From positions 2,418,001-2,482,000 of the forward strand of contig CM007992.1 in assembly GCA_002189035.1 (NCBI GenBank): DNA of 64,000 nucleotides. Direction: 5' to 3'. The notes under the pieces are model-generated. The model did not search any database. It was not told the origin of the DNA and was given only the letters and a program-made list of their open reading frames with translations. Position numbers and translations under genes: made by a program. Positions 1 to 12,925 of this stretch are shown piece by piece. Position 1 is the stretch's first letter. Every line of letters starts with the position of its first letter. This DNA is from Utricularia gibba (Eukaryota > Plantae > Magnoliophyta).

Positions 1-927
1 GTATCATCTCAACACTTGATTTTGTGCAAGTAGAGAACAAAGAAAGAAACAAGGACTGAATTTTGGGGCAACACAAAACAACCAAATGAAGGTGAAAATC
101 TTCAAGAATCTGAAATGATTTCTAAGAACACAACATTTTCTTATAACCTTACATGTTTATAGTGAATCTTTTCCACTTAGTGTGTGAGTACTCTCGATTT
201 TTTTGTTTTTTAAGTTATCATCTCTATATTCTTTATTTTTATCATCTTAAATTGATTAGATATTATGAAAATTTCCATAAATAGACTAAATCATCAAATC
301 CATAAAAATAATGTTTTTGTTTACGTCATTCTACTCTTCCATAGGTCTATATATTCCATAGATTTTGAATAACATTGAAATGAATGATATTAAAAAAGTA
401 TATGAATCTTTGACATTCCAAATTTATACTGTACCATATATGACAGCATATCTAATGGAATATACCATATATCAATTATTTCCAAATTTGTATACATAAC
501 TGTAGCTATAATAATCTCAACTCAACCAACAATAATTGGAATATAAAATGTATACCACAAATTTACAAACAAATAATCCACTACCAATATCGCACAACAT
601 TCATACTTTCAACTTACAAGTACAAGGCAAGAAATCACAAAATCAAATACATACCAAAGCAAGGAAAAACAAAATCCTCTCCTCGATCCTCTATCTCCGC
701 TGCTCATACAATTTTCTAGAAATCAGAAACCAGAATGGGTCTTGTGAGTGCATCCTGCACAAAGCAGTTAAGCTCCCAACAGAAGTTTCCCTTGGTCAAG
801 GGTCATTGTGCAAGTTCAAACAAGCATCCGTGGAGGAGTTCACGCAATGAGTATATGGTACTGAGTTTAACTTATCAGAATGGACCAAACATGGTGAAGT
901 TAGGCCCATGTGCTCCTCACTTCTCTT

Positions 928-3900
928 TGTTAGAATTAATTCTAATTTAAGGGCCTATATGTATTAATCGTTGTCCTTAATCCAAATAATAATAAAGTGA
1001 TCAATTTATTATTACTGTTTGGATAATCTTTTAAGGTGGTTTTTGGTTGGTTTTGTTGGTGATTGTATAGGGACTAATGTAAGTTTTGTTTAGTGATGGG
1101 CTAAATGAAATTCCAACTCTATAAATAAAGGAGTCATGGTCCCCAAAAAAACATCGAATTTTCTCTTGATGTCCCATCGATTGAGAGAAATGGAGATTGC
1201 TTGAAGGCTTTTCCAAATTGTTGTACTTCTTGTAAGATCGCTGTCTGCGCTTTGGTTCTAATGAGAAGTCTTAAGTTATGGATTCTGGTATACATTTGCA
1301 CTTCAGCTGCATAAAACCCTCAACCATTTCTAATAATTGGTATTAGAGCAATATCGGAGTTATTGAGTGTTTCTTTTGGTTTTATGATTTTCTAAAACCA
1401 TATTTGTGAAAAAAGAAAAAAAGAAGAATGAAACATCAGTTTAAAGATATTTCAAACCATAGTCTTTTGGATTACATTTTTCTGTGGAAGGGGTTTTCAA
1501 CCTCAAGTTATTTTCAAATGATTTGGATTATCATATTGTTCTTCAAAATGAAATCCCTAGGGTTTCCTTTTCTTTTGAGTGAATTAAATTGAAATGAATA
1601 GTCATATGATGTTGCCAAAGTAACATCTCTATGAAAGCATAGGAGGATAATGCATATTTAATTTTTGAAACTGTTATCTACCCAAAGGAAGATAAATATT
1701 GGATGAAAATCATAAGGATGCATTTGTAGTAATAACATAGTGATAATTATTGTGTCTTGCATATAAGTTATGAATCTACCCAAAGGAAGGTTCACCTCTT
1801 GATGTGTAGTTTATTATCAATGTTTGATTCCTACTCCTAGACATCATTGATTAATTAATATTTTGTCCAAAGATAGAATATTGATGTAATTAGATGTTTT
1901 CTGATGGGATATACCTCTATTTATTTTATTTTTTATCTAATAGTGAGCCAATTTTCTTCTCTTTTCAGCAACTTTGGCCACTGTTTCCAGCCACCATGAA
2001 TGCCATTCCTGTACTTCAGAGTACCAACTTTAAGGATTGGAAAGAAAATGCGATGATTGCTTTGGGCTGCATGGATCTTGATTCAGCACTTCGAGAAGAA
2101 AAGCTTGCATCTCTTCAAGAAAATTCCCGAAATGTTTAGGGATACTGTTTCTGATGAGATTACTAATGCTAAAGAATTTCTCAATGAAATAGAGAAACGT
2201 TTTGCTAAAAGCGAGCAGGCTGAATTAAGTACTCTACTTAAGTAATTGCTTAAAATGAAGTACAAGCTTGGTGGAAACATCAGGGAGCACATAATGGAAA
2301 TGTCCAATCTTGCCTCAAAACTCAAACCTTTAAAGATTGATATATCTGATGATATTCTTGTTCATTTAGCTCTCTTCCTTCATACTTTGTACAAAACTAC
2401 TTTTGATTGTCAAAAGGAAATTTGAGATAACAGAGAGTGCGCATTTGGCTTATACTAGAAAGGACAAGGGCAAAAGGAAATTCAACCTGGTCAAGGATGA
2501 AGCTGTAGGTAATTCCAGTAAAAAGCAAAAGGAAAATACATGTTTCTTTTGCAACAAATCTGGACACATGAAAAAAGAATGCACTAATTATCATGCGTGG
2601 CTTGATAACAAAGGTACACTTAAGGTTTTGGTTTGTTCTGAAATTAATTTAACAGAAGTGCCTGGAAACACATGGTGGTTAGATTCAGGTGCCTCGTCTA
2701 ACATTAGTGTTTCAATGCAGGGCTGCCGAAATTAGAGAAGCCCAAGTGACGATGAACAGTTCATGTATGTGGGAGACGGCTACCCAACAAAAGTGACAGC
2801 TATAGGGCACTTTAGGTTACTACTTAGTAGTGGTTATTATATGGATTTAGTAGACACCTATGTAGTTCCTTCTTTTAGAAGGAATCTTATTTCAATTTCT
2901 TGTTTAGAAAAATTAGGATATCATTGTCACTTTGGAAAAAATAAAGTTGTCTCATTAGATTCAAAGGTTATTGAATATGGATTACGTCACTCTAATGATG
3001 GTTTATATTTACTTAATACAATTTCCAATCGAGAATCCTTTAATGTGGAAACTCGGGTATAAAATATAAATCATCAAATGAGAATTCTGGTTCATTATGG
3101 CACAAATGCTAAGGCCACATCTCTAAAAATAGAGTTGACCAACTTATATCAAGTGAAATATCAAAGTCTATTGACTTTTCCAATTGTGGTGTTTGTGTTC
3201 AACACATCAAACGCAAACAAACCTAACAAAGGAAATTGGATGCATATAGAGCAAATGCTATTTTAGAATTGATAAATATAGATGTTTGTGGCCCTTTTCC
3301 AATATCTTCTTGTAATGGCCAAAAATTCTTTGTATCATTTATAGATGATGATTCTCGATATGTATATTTGTATCTTATTTATGAGAAGTCACAAGTTTTG
3401 GACATGTTCAGATCTTTCAAAGCGTAAGTTGAAAATCAGCTTCATAAGAAAATTAAGCAAGTCAAATCTGACCGTGGAGGTGAATATTATGGTCACTACA
3501 ATGGCTTAGGTGAACAACATCCAGGACCATTTGCTAGCTACATAAATGAGTGTAGAATTGTTCCTCAATACACCATGTCGGGTTCTCCTACATAAATGGT
3601 GTGGCACAGAGGTGAAACTGCATATTGAAGGACTCGGTTAGAAGCATGATTTGTCATTCTACTCTACCAGAGTCATTATGGGGTGATGCATTGAAAACTG
3701 TAGCTTACATCCTAGATAGAGTACCAACTAAAGCTACTTCTAAGACTCCTCCTGAGTTTTGGAATGTCAAGTTGAAGTTAGACCCTATCGGCCTACTAAA
3801 TGGAAGTTAGATCCTCATACTATTAGCAACCATTTTATTGGATACTCCAAAACATCCAGGGGTTATAAATTTTATGATCCCGCATCGAAAAACATTTTTT

Positions 3901-5271
3901 AATCAAACATAGCGATATTCTTTGAGGACATTGAGTTTGGAGGGACAAATGACTCAAGAGATTTTGTCTTTGAAGAAGAAACACTCTTGCATATATAATC
4001 AAATGATTCAACTATTGAATTTCTAGAGAGTGTTGCTTCTTCTCCATTAAATATAAACATTTATGAAGAACAAACTCAACATTCTCAAGAACAACTGGAG
4101 TTATCACCTTTAAGACGATCTACTATAGAAAGAAAAAGTGCTATTCTAAATGACTTTATAGTATTTCTTCAAAAAAATGAAGAAAAAGATCATCTGTTAG
4201 AAGATGATCTAGTTACCATATCTCAAGCCATTACTTCTTCAAAGTCAGAAAAAGTGGATTAAAGCTATGAATAATGAGTACAAGTCGATACAAGATAATA
4301 AAGTATGAGAACTTGTGCCATTACCTGAAAGGATCAAACCAATCGATCATAAAATGGATATTTAAGACTAAAAAGGATTTCAATGGTAATGTGGAATGAT
4401 ACAAGGCCCGTCTTGTAGTCAATGGTTATACTCAAAAAGAAGGAATTGATTATAAAGAGACATTTTCTCATGACTCATCTAAAAATTCCTTTAGAACTAT
4501 CATGGATTTTGTCGCTCATTTTGACTTAGACCTCTATCAGATGGATGTCAAAACCGCTTTTTTTAAATGGATGACGGTGAGAAACCATTTATTTGAAGCA
4601 ACTATAAAAGGTGATTCGAAGAAAATGGTTTATAAGTGGACTAAATCTATCTATGGATTAAAACAAGCATCTAGAGAATGGTATCACAAATTTTGTGAAA
4701 TAATTCTATCATTTGGTTTCAAATCAAATGTTATTGATGACTATGTGTATCATAAGTTTATTGGAAAAAAGTTCATTTTCTTGATATTGTATGTCGATGG
4801 CATCTTACTTACTACCAATGATATGAATACTTTACTTTAGACTAAGAAATTTTTAGTAGATAACTTTCAGATGAAAGACCTTGGTGAAGCTTCTTTTGTA
4901 TTGGGAATTGAAATACATCGAGATCATTCTTGAAGTATACTTGGGTTGTCACAAAAGAGCTACATAGAAAAGGTCATGAAAAGATATATGCAAGATTGCA
5001 AACCTGGAAGTACTCCGGTTTTTAAGGGTGATAAGTTCAATTTGAAACAATGCCCAAAAGGAAAGTTTGAACTTGATGAAATGAAGAAAATTCCTTATGC
5101 ATAAGTTTTCGGCAACCTAATGTATGCTCAAGTATGTACCTGTCCATGTATTGCATTTATTGTAGAATTGTTAGGACGGTACTTGAGCAATCCTGAAATG
5201 GTTCATTGGAAAACGGCCAAGGGAGTTCTCATGTATTTGAAAAGAACAAAGCATTTCTTGCTCGCATATAA
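928..5271 (+). mobile_element. Degenerate Ty1/copia LTR retrotransposon, 3'-truncated (5' LTR, PBS, gag, protease, integrase, RT; no RNase H or 3' LTR)
   Basis: LTR TGTTAGAA...TTCTAATA at 928-1335; PBS TGGTATTAGAGC at 1338-1349 (tRNA-iMet type). Fragmented ORFs: gag (IPVLQSTNFKDWKEN..LGCMDLD), CCHC knuckle (CFFCNKSGHMKKEC), protease (WWLDSGASSNI), integrase (IDVCGPF, FIDDDSRY), RT (QMDVKTAF, LYVDGILL). Many stops and frameshifts; breaks at 5271. Confidence 0.92.
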
Positions 5272-6990
5272 GGGCATCGTTATTCATGTTCGGAAATGGT
5301 GACATGGATGTGTATTTTTATTAATTAAGGTTTCGAACATATTACAGGCAGCGTTTCCGATTTTCGAAAACCGTCTATGTGGAAACCCAGTTTCCACAAG
5401 GAAACTTAATAAAATAAAAACAATGCTTCCCTCTTTCAGTCTCTATTCGCACAGGATTATTCTAGGTCATGCATATAACAGGTAAATGTTTTTTTATTTC
5501 TTCATATTTCTTCAATGTTTTCTTGCTAGGTAAAATTCTGTGAGTGTGGGTACGAGAGATACAGATTGTTGGAGTTGCGTTGTGAACTAATTTTGAGGAA
5601 TTGATGTAGAGTGTGTGTTGTATCACCAAGTTGCTTCTTGTATTCAGTGTTTCACTACTAACAAGAAGGTTTCCCTTTTTTTCCTAGTTTATCTTGTTGT
5701 GTTGTATATAACATTAATAGGTCCTCAATCCATCGTGGCTGTTGGTGTGTTTTTTTCTTCAACAACTATCTTTTTGTTTATTTTCCCAATTTTGCAGTGT
5801 TATTTTCGATGAATATGAATTTGGATTGCTTGGATTTTTCCTTACTTATATGAAGTTCTATTCTCTATCATTTGCTGTGGTTTTTATCCATGAATAATAT
5901 TTTCCATACGTAGGAACCTTGCTGTGTATTCCAAGAGGTTAAGTCATTTGGTTTTCAACAGCCCCATGTAGCTCAAGTTTCATTATTGATTAATGGTTTG
6001 TTATCAATCTAATCCTTTATCCCTGAACTATTTCTTATCTCGATTCTAATGTTGTCTATAACATTATCTTGCTAAGGTTTCCCTGTTTTATTCAATGTTT
6101 TATTTCGGTTCTAGTGTATTTTGTTGATTTCATTTTTTTAGGAAATGGCTACCAAGGATTAACATCCCAAAAATGGGCCAAAGAAGATAAGGTTACTCTT
6201 GTTTCAGCATGGCTAAATGTTAGAAAAGATTTAGAGAAGGAAATGTCACAAAAAGGAAATAGGTTCTAGAAGAAAATTTTTGATTATTATCGTAAAGCAG
6301 TGCCCCTAATTCCTCGTAGCATGAATACAATAAGAAGAAAGTGGAAAAGTTTAAATTCCGATGTCATTAAATTTGGAGGGTGTATAGATAGGATAATGTC
6401 AAGAGGAGGCATTGGCTATAACGAATTTGATTTCAAGCAATAAGTCGTGGAGCTTTTTAAAGTTGAAGAGCAGAGGGATTTCATTGATATCAAATCTTGG
6501 GAGATATTACGGCATGAGCCAAAGTAGATGGCGGTACGAAAAATTATACCATATTTTTATGTGTTTTTACTAATATTAAACATATGTTTTTTTTTTGTAA
6601 GGCACAAAAATTGATAGGTAGCATAAATGGTAAAAAATCACCAAAGAGTGTCACATGTTCATCAAATGAACAAGGATCAGCTACAAAACCTTCATTGATT
6701 TTAGTAGAAGAAGAATGAACTTTAGGAAAAAAGGCTGCAAAGCATAAATGGAATGGTAAACAGTTGGATGAGTCAAGTTTATCTTCTTTCAAGACCAAAT
6801 ATCTAGAAGTTATTGACAAGATGAATACAAATCTTGAAAAAAGAAATCAATTGGTATGGTAGTTCAATCAGATATATTTGGTTGATATGCTTGAAAGATT
6901 TTGAAATAAAGATGTGAACAAATTTACTTCAAGACAAAATGCAATCCATGATATGGCTTATCATAGCATTGCAAATGCAAAGTTAGTGAG
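5272..6990 (+). mobile_element. PIF/Harbinger-like DNA transposon remnant with a degenerate Myb/SANT-like ORF1
   Basis: Begins GGGCATC right after TAA (5269-5271), matching Harbinger TIR start and target. About 6170-6540 reads KWAKEDKVTLVSAWLNV..F*KKIFDYY..RRKWKSLNSDVIKF..KSWEILRHEPK*, typical of Harbinger ORF1. Right end not located. Confidence 0.62.
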
Positions 6991-7839
6991 TGGACAAAAA
7001 GCAATTCATGATATTGCTTATTGTGACAAGTCAGATTATTAAGTATTTTGTTGTGTTCTTTTGCTATCACTATGTTTTGATCATTCTTTCTTCTGTTGTT
7101 ATTGCTAGAATTTACCTATGGTTATGTATCTTGGAATTGTTGTTATGGAAGAGTACTTGGCTTTTAAGTGCGGTTTGAATGCTCCTCGCTCAAGGAGATC
7201 GTATCAACTTTTTGCTTCTATATTATCACCATTGTCATAATGATGGACTCTACTACTTGTTTCTCTAGAATCTGCTATACTTCCTTTGCTTGTAGTCGGA
7301 AGACCAAATCACTCGTATTCCTAATTGAGAAGAGTGGCAGCAATGACACATGATGATTAGTTTCTCAACAACTAAAGCAATCCAAAGTAATTAGACATAT
7401 TATCTAGTAACCAGTTGTAGCTCTCATCTCTAGAACAACAGCTTATGCATGTTTCATGCTACTAGAGAAGACTCTGGACAACAAGGGCGGAAGCTCCTCG
7501 ACCTCCGTAACTGATAACACTGTTTTTATTATGTTTTTGTATGTGTTTTTAGGGGTGTTTTGTATGGTAAAAGGTTGTTTCGTGTGTCTAACTGCCTCCT
7601 TTTTGTGTATCTAGTTGGCAGGAATGTGTTGTCATGAAAATATGCTCAATTGACAAGAATTGTTATTGTTATTTTCTACATTTCCATGCTTTCCTTTACG
7701 TTCTTGCTGCTTGGTTGTGAACAAGAAACATCTTGTAATCTTTATTTCAGTTTAAGAACTTGTTTATGTTTGAGTTCTTTGGTATTTTTGAATTTAACAT
7801 GTTTACTATTCCCGTGATCCTTTGCTCTGTTTTTAGGCA

Positions 7840-8445
7840 TGTTAATGATGGGTAAAATATGAATTCTTCAATAATATTAAAATGCTCCCAAATCCAAGAT
7901 TTTTGTCTAACTTAGTGGTTTTCTTTACCCATTTCATCCAGACAACGCTTATTTCCAATTCCATCACTTTGACTTTGAGTAGTGGCTTGAGATGACATTG
8001 AAGAAGATGGTGGTTGTTCGGTTGCTTTCTCTTCATTTTCTCCTGTCATTGATATGAGCTTTAGTTGAATGCTAATCAAGTGTCAAGACTACAGAAAGAA
8101 AATACTATGACTGAAGTCTACACGGCCGTTCATGATATTGAAATGTGATAGAATAATATGTAGGGTTTTTGAAATTTGTGCTTTGGCCTTTGAGCTTAGT
8201 TTTTACATTTGTGTAAATATATATACAATATATATATATATATATAATAAATTTATAATTTATATATTAATATATGTATCATAATGGATCGGATCGGATT
8301 TTTGATCGTAGAATCCATAAACCAATCCAATCCATATTTTTCAAAAAGTCGGATAATCCACAGGATTGGATATCCTCAAATTTGGATTGGTTTCAAATCA
8401 GTATCCATGGACTTCTGATTTATGCAAGATCCATGCACAGCCCTA
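7840..8445 (-). mobile_element. hAT transposon 5' end (TIR, subterminal repeats, start of BED finger)
   Basis: Minus strand starts TAGGGCTGTGCATGGATC at 8445, an hAT-type TIR. Dense GGAT/ATCC subterminal motifs at 8285-8435. About 7860-7900 reads RQKSWIWEHFN (BED-finger W.HF motif). Truncated. Confidence 0.7.
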
Positions 8446-9498
8446 GTGCCTTGAATATGGTATGCATTGCATGTTATTTTGGAACGGTAGTTAGAATATA
8501 TTGGACATTGTTTGTTATTAAATGTAACGTCCAAAATATTTACTTTTTAAAAAATATACATACTCAAGAAAACTATTATATATCGATTACATCATTATAC
8601 AATAAATGAGAAAATAATTTTGGATTAAAAAAATGAATTGAAATCATTTAATGTAATCATTTTGGATAAATATTTATGTATTCTGTGGGAATTGATTTAA
8701 TATTAGAAAATATTTATAATAATTACCAAATATTTATATCAATATATATCAAATTTTATTATAATTTTTTCAATGTTATATAATTTAAATACAAATAATA
8801 TGATATTCATTATTATTTTTGAAACTTTTAATAAAATAATAAATATGAATAGAAACATAAATGCACAGATAAAAAAATATTAAAAATATAAATACACTAG
8901 TATGTCAGTATATTTCATTTTTTATACATTTAATTTTAAAAAAATATTAAGAATGATCATTTTTAAATTATAGAGTAGATATATGAATACTTCTCAAATA
9001 AACCTGGCTATATAATCTATGGGTACTTCTTGAAAGACATGTGTACTATTCTATCAGTTGTCAACACTTTTCAACAATAATAGTCAATATTTTTACTTGT
9101 GTCATTTACATATTAAAAGAAGATTGTAATATTAACAATATTTTTCAATAATGATCATCCATCAATTTTTTTTTTGTTTATTGAAATTCTCTTTCTTCAA
9201 ATTTCATTTTTTTCCTATAAACTCTCAATTAATTTTCTATTGAATTTTGACGAAAATCATTTGAGTTTTGTAGCAATTATTTTAAAAAGACCAAAATTCT
9301 CCTTTTTATTATCTAATTTAAGATGTGAAATATGACTTTAAAACTGATGAATTATTATTTGAAATCCACATCAACTAAATTTTATTTTAATTCAATCTTT
9401 TTATGCTCCCACTCTAAGCAAAACCATTTTGCTTGCTTTTAAAAATGCTCATCAATTTAAATAAAAGTCTTCATTTATTTCAAATAAGTAGAACCAAA

Positions 9499-9720
9499 TC
9501 ATGTCAACTTATAAACATTAAATCTTGTGACTGGAGTTAAAGATAGATGATTAAGAACTCTTATTTTGATGTAATAATTTCTTATGACATAATATCTGAT
9601 TCTTATGTGTTTCACTTTCTTGAACTTGATTGGATCATTGGACATAGAGATTGCAGCTCTATTATTTATAAATTGATTTACAGCTTCCATTTGTATGAAT
9701 TCAAGTTCACTTAGCATCTA
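9499..9720 (-). mobile_element. Copia RNase H fragment
   Basis: ORF reads NNRAAISMSNDPIKFKKVKHIRIRYYVIR, resembling the copia DNQAAI..A.NPV.H..TKH motif. Confidence 0.55.
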
Positions 9721-9948
9721 TTTCAAGAATATCATATAAATATTTTAAATTATAATTTTCTATTATGACTACGAAAAAGAATTAGGGTCAGCCTTAACAC
9801 CTCATCTTTCCTTTCATGATTTTTATTTATTGGATTATTCAAAAAAAGACAATCATCAATTAAAGAATATTTTGCATCTTCATCAAAGGAAACATAAACT
9901 TCTTCTTATAAGGTATATAAACTTTGTATTCTTTGATAGTATTATTAT

Positions 9949-11371
9949 TGATAAACGGGAATTTACTAATATCGTTGAAAATAAAAATAGAAAATCCGTA
10001 TCAAATAAATTTATAATCCCTAATCTACAAAAAATACAAATTTGGAAAACTTGTATAGTGGATATCGGGATCGATCACGAAGACCTTGTGTTTGCTAAGT
10101 GTTTTAGTAAATGCATGATTTCGGATAACAGTAGGTCTTAGTCTAAGCTCGGACTAACGGTGGTAAACAAGTTCAGTAAACAAGGTAGGTAAGCAATATC
10201 AGGTTTCTATGCTAGGGTAACAGGTACTGGTTTTGACTCAGACTAATACGAGGACGCCTTAAGGATCTGCGGGTGGTGTTATGCTAAGCTTCCTAACTTA
10301 ATTTATTATCTTCCTACACTCACAACTTCAAATAACCGAAGTCTACCCAGGTCATTCATCATATTTTTGACTTAAGCTAGTCCCCAATATCATAACCAAC
10401 ATTACAATTAGGTCTACCTGCATGCAAGACATATAGAACTAGGTCTACCCGGTTCTACTGGTTCTATCTTGAACTAACACCGACTGATCCTATCTTGGTT
10501 TGTTGGTTTACCTCTAAACCAAGCATCTAAGTTGTGAAACTACTTGCTCCCCTCCTTAGGTCTATCCATGATTTGTTAGAAACAAGAGTTAAGGAAGACA
10601 ACTAAATTTCATCATCAACCTAAGCACATACCACCCACTTCTCTTTAAGGCATCCCTAAGACTCTAGCCACTCATGCTTTGGAAACAAAACACAATTTCA
10701 TTCACATAAGCTGGCCAAAATGACAGAAACATTGTAAATAATTAAAATGCAGAAATTCGAAATGTTCAGAAAACTAGAAAGTAAATAAAGATTGTTCTTC
10801 CGCTCGTTAGCTACTGTTCACAACCCGGAACAGTAGCGCTGGACTGGGCTCCGGTGCTTTTCTAGGTGATAAAGGCGTTTCTTCCCTCTTCTCGTTGGTG
10901 TTTTTCCCGTTGGGGAAGAAGACCCCTTTGCGTCCCCCCCCCCGGTGGCTTCACTCCGTTCTCCTTCCTCCTTTTTTCCAAAAAATAAATTTCTCCTTTC
11001 CTTCACTCCATTGCACTGTGGCTGTCCGCCAGTACTGTTCCCGACCGCCAGCATTGTTCCTGGCCTGAACTTGCAGACTGCGGTGGCGGCAGAACAGTGC
11101 TCTTTGTCCTTCTCCGGATTTTGTGCCCCTTTTTTGCTTGTTTTACACGTTTGCAAGTCTGATTTTCGTCTCATCTCCCTGCTGAACTTACTGAAATGTT
11201 AGTAATAAAAGTTGTGGATTAAATCAAAGGATTTAGTCCACTTTTCAACATAATCACATAGGATTAACATGAACACCACTAAAGCATGAAAAACTACATT
11301 TTATCTAACCTAAATCATGATAAAATATATCTATTTTGTGTTATGAATTTTAGGAAAAATGTGTGTTATCA
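9949..11371 (-). mobile_element. Gypsy (Athila-like) solo LTR, family A
   Basis: TGATAAAC...GTGTTATCA termini, 1423 bp, flanks ATTAT/GTTAT (4/5 TSD). Homologous to 19815-21199 and 55615-~56440. Confidence 0.88.
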
Positions 11372-12925
11372 GTTATAACCAACAAACACACTAAATATAG
11401 ATTTCTTATCAAGTTTTTTCATTTTTGGTTTAGTACACGAGTAAAACACAAGTTACTAATGATTCTGAGATGATTTGCTTTTTCAATACAACATATCATT
11501 TCTCATGAGTAATCCTTTCACCAATAATTTTGGATGGTAGCAAGTTCAATAGATATACAAATGTAGATATAGATTTAGCTTAGAAATTTATTGGAATATT
11601 TTTTTCAAACAACAAACTTCTTGATATGCCAATCATTGCTCTGTTTTTTCTTTTGCATATATCATGTTGTTGTGGGGAGGGTACTATAAATTTATGAATG
11701 ATTTCCTCATTTTCATAGAACACTCTTATACTATTATTAGAAAATTATCCTCCATTATTTGACTTGATCATCTTTAAGAAGCGTTCACTTTGGTTTTGAA
11801 CCAGTACTTTGACTTTTTTAAAAATATAATGAATTTTTTATTTGCTTTTAAGAAATTAAACCGAACAGTAATATAAATAATTATCAATAAATGTAATAAA
11901 ATATCTACTCCCTTCCAATGAACATTTTTTAAATGATCCACATATATCAATATGCATAAATTTTAAATTATTTTTTGTTATTGAATTACTGAAATAAATG
12001 TTTTTTTTGTTTTGTTTACCTTAGTGACAAATTTCACATATGGTGTTAGTAAACTTAATGTTTTTTAGTTTCAATACTTTATTACTTTTTTGTAATATTT
12101 TCAGATTGTTGAAATGATAATACTCAAAATGTTTGTATCAAAGACTGTTTTGATTATGAAGTGAGAAAATACAATTTTTGTAATCGCCTAGATTACACAA
12201 GGAATGAGTCATAATCCTACAAAAAAAAAAAAAAATAGTTCCAATAACCTAGTTCAGCGGTTTTAATTGCAATATCCTTTAAATTTTAGATAGAGTATAT
12301 GAGAATGATTAATTAAATTCATAAAATGGAAGGAAATCCATTTTACAATTCAAGCATTATTAATAAAAATATAAATTTTTACTTTTTTACTCTTTAAAAG
12401 AAGAAAATAGGTACGTTGGTAAGACTGTTAATTTATCATTCTAAATGGAAATGATTAAACATACCGAAAATGCCCTAAATAAAAGCTAGCTTGACTTTCT
12501 TAACCGAAGGTCTCCAGGTTTGACAAACCGTGGATGCCACCAAAGGGAACCCTGCAAAAAGATGAGAGTTGACTCTTCCCATTAAAAGGGTCGTGGGGTA
12601 TTTTTGGAATTTTTAGATTTGAATCCAACACACAGCCAAATTATAAATAAGCAGTGTGATGATTTTGAATTACGATTATTTATATCTTTAAAATTACAAT
12701 TACTTTTTAATTATAGATTTTTAATTTAAAAAACAGAGAAACAACCAACCTAACAGAGACGCATGATCGGACCCATGGCCCCAGCCAGTTTTAAACCGGT
12801 GGTTCGTTGGCCGGAATCTTGGTCTATTTTCACCCATTCGCGGGGTTTCTCTGGTTTTTCCTCCCCTGGTATCTTTTCCTTCTCCATTGGCTCGATTGCG
12901 ACCGGCCAAGGGGAGCTTTAGCGAG

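Noticed and set aside
536-950. Two overlapping short ORFs before the first copia LTR
   Set aside because: No recognisable domain; likely fragments of LTR or retroelement sequence.
10818-11202. ORFs of 118 and 85 aa, and similar ORFs in other LTR copies
   Set aside because: Lie in purine/pyrimidine-skewed LTR sequence and are not conserved as ORFs between copies.
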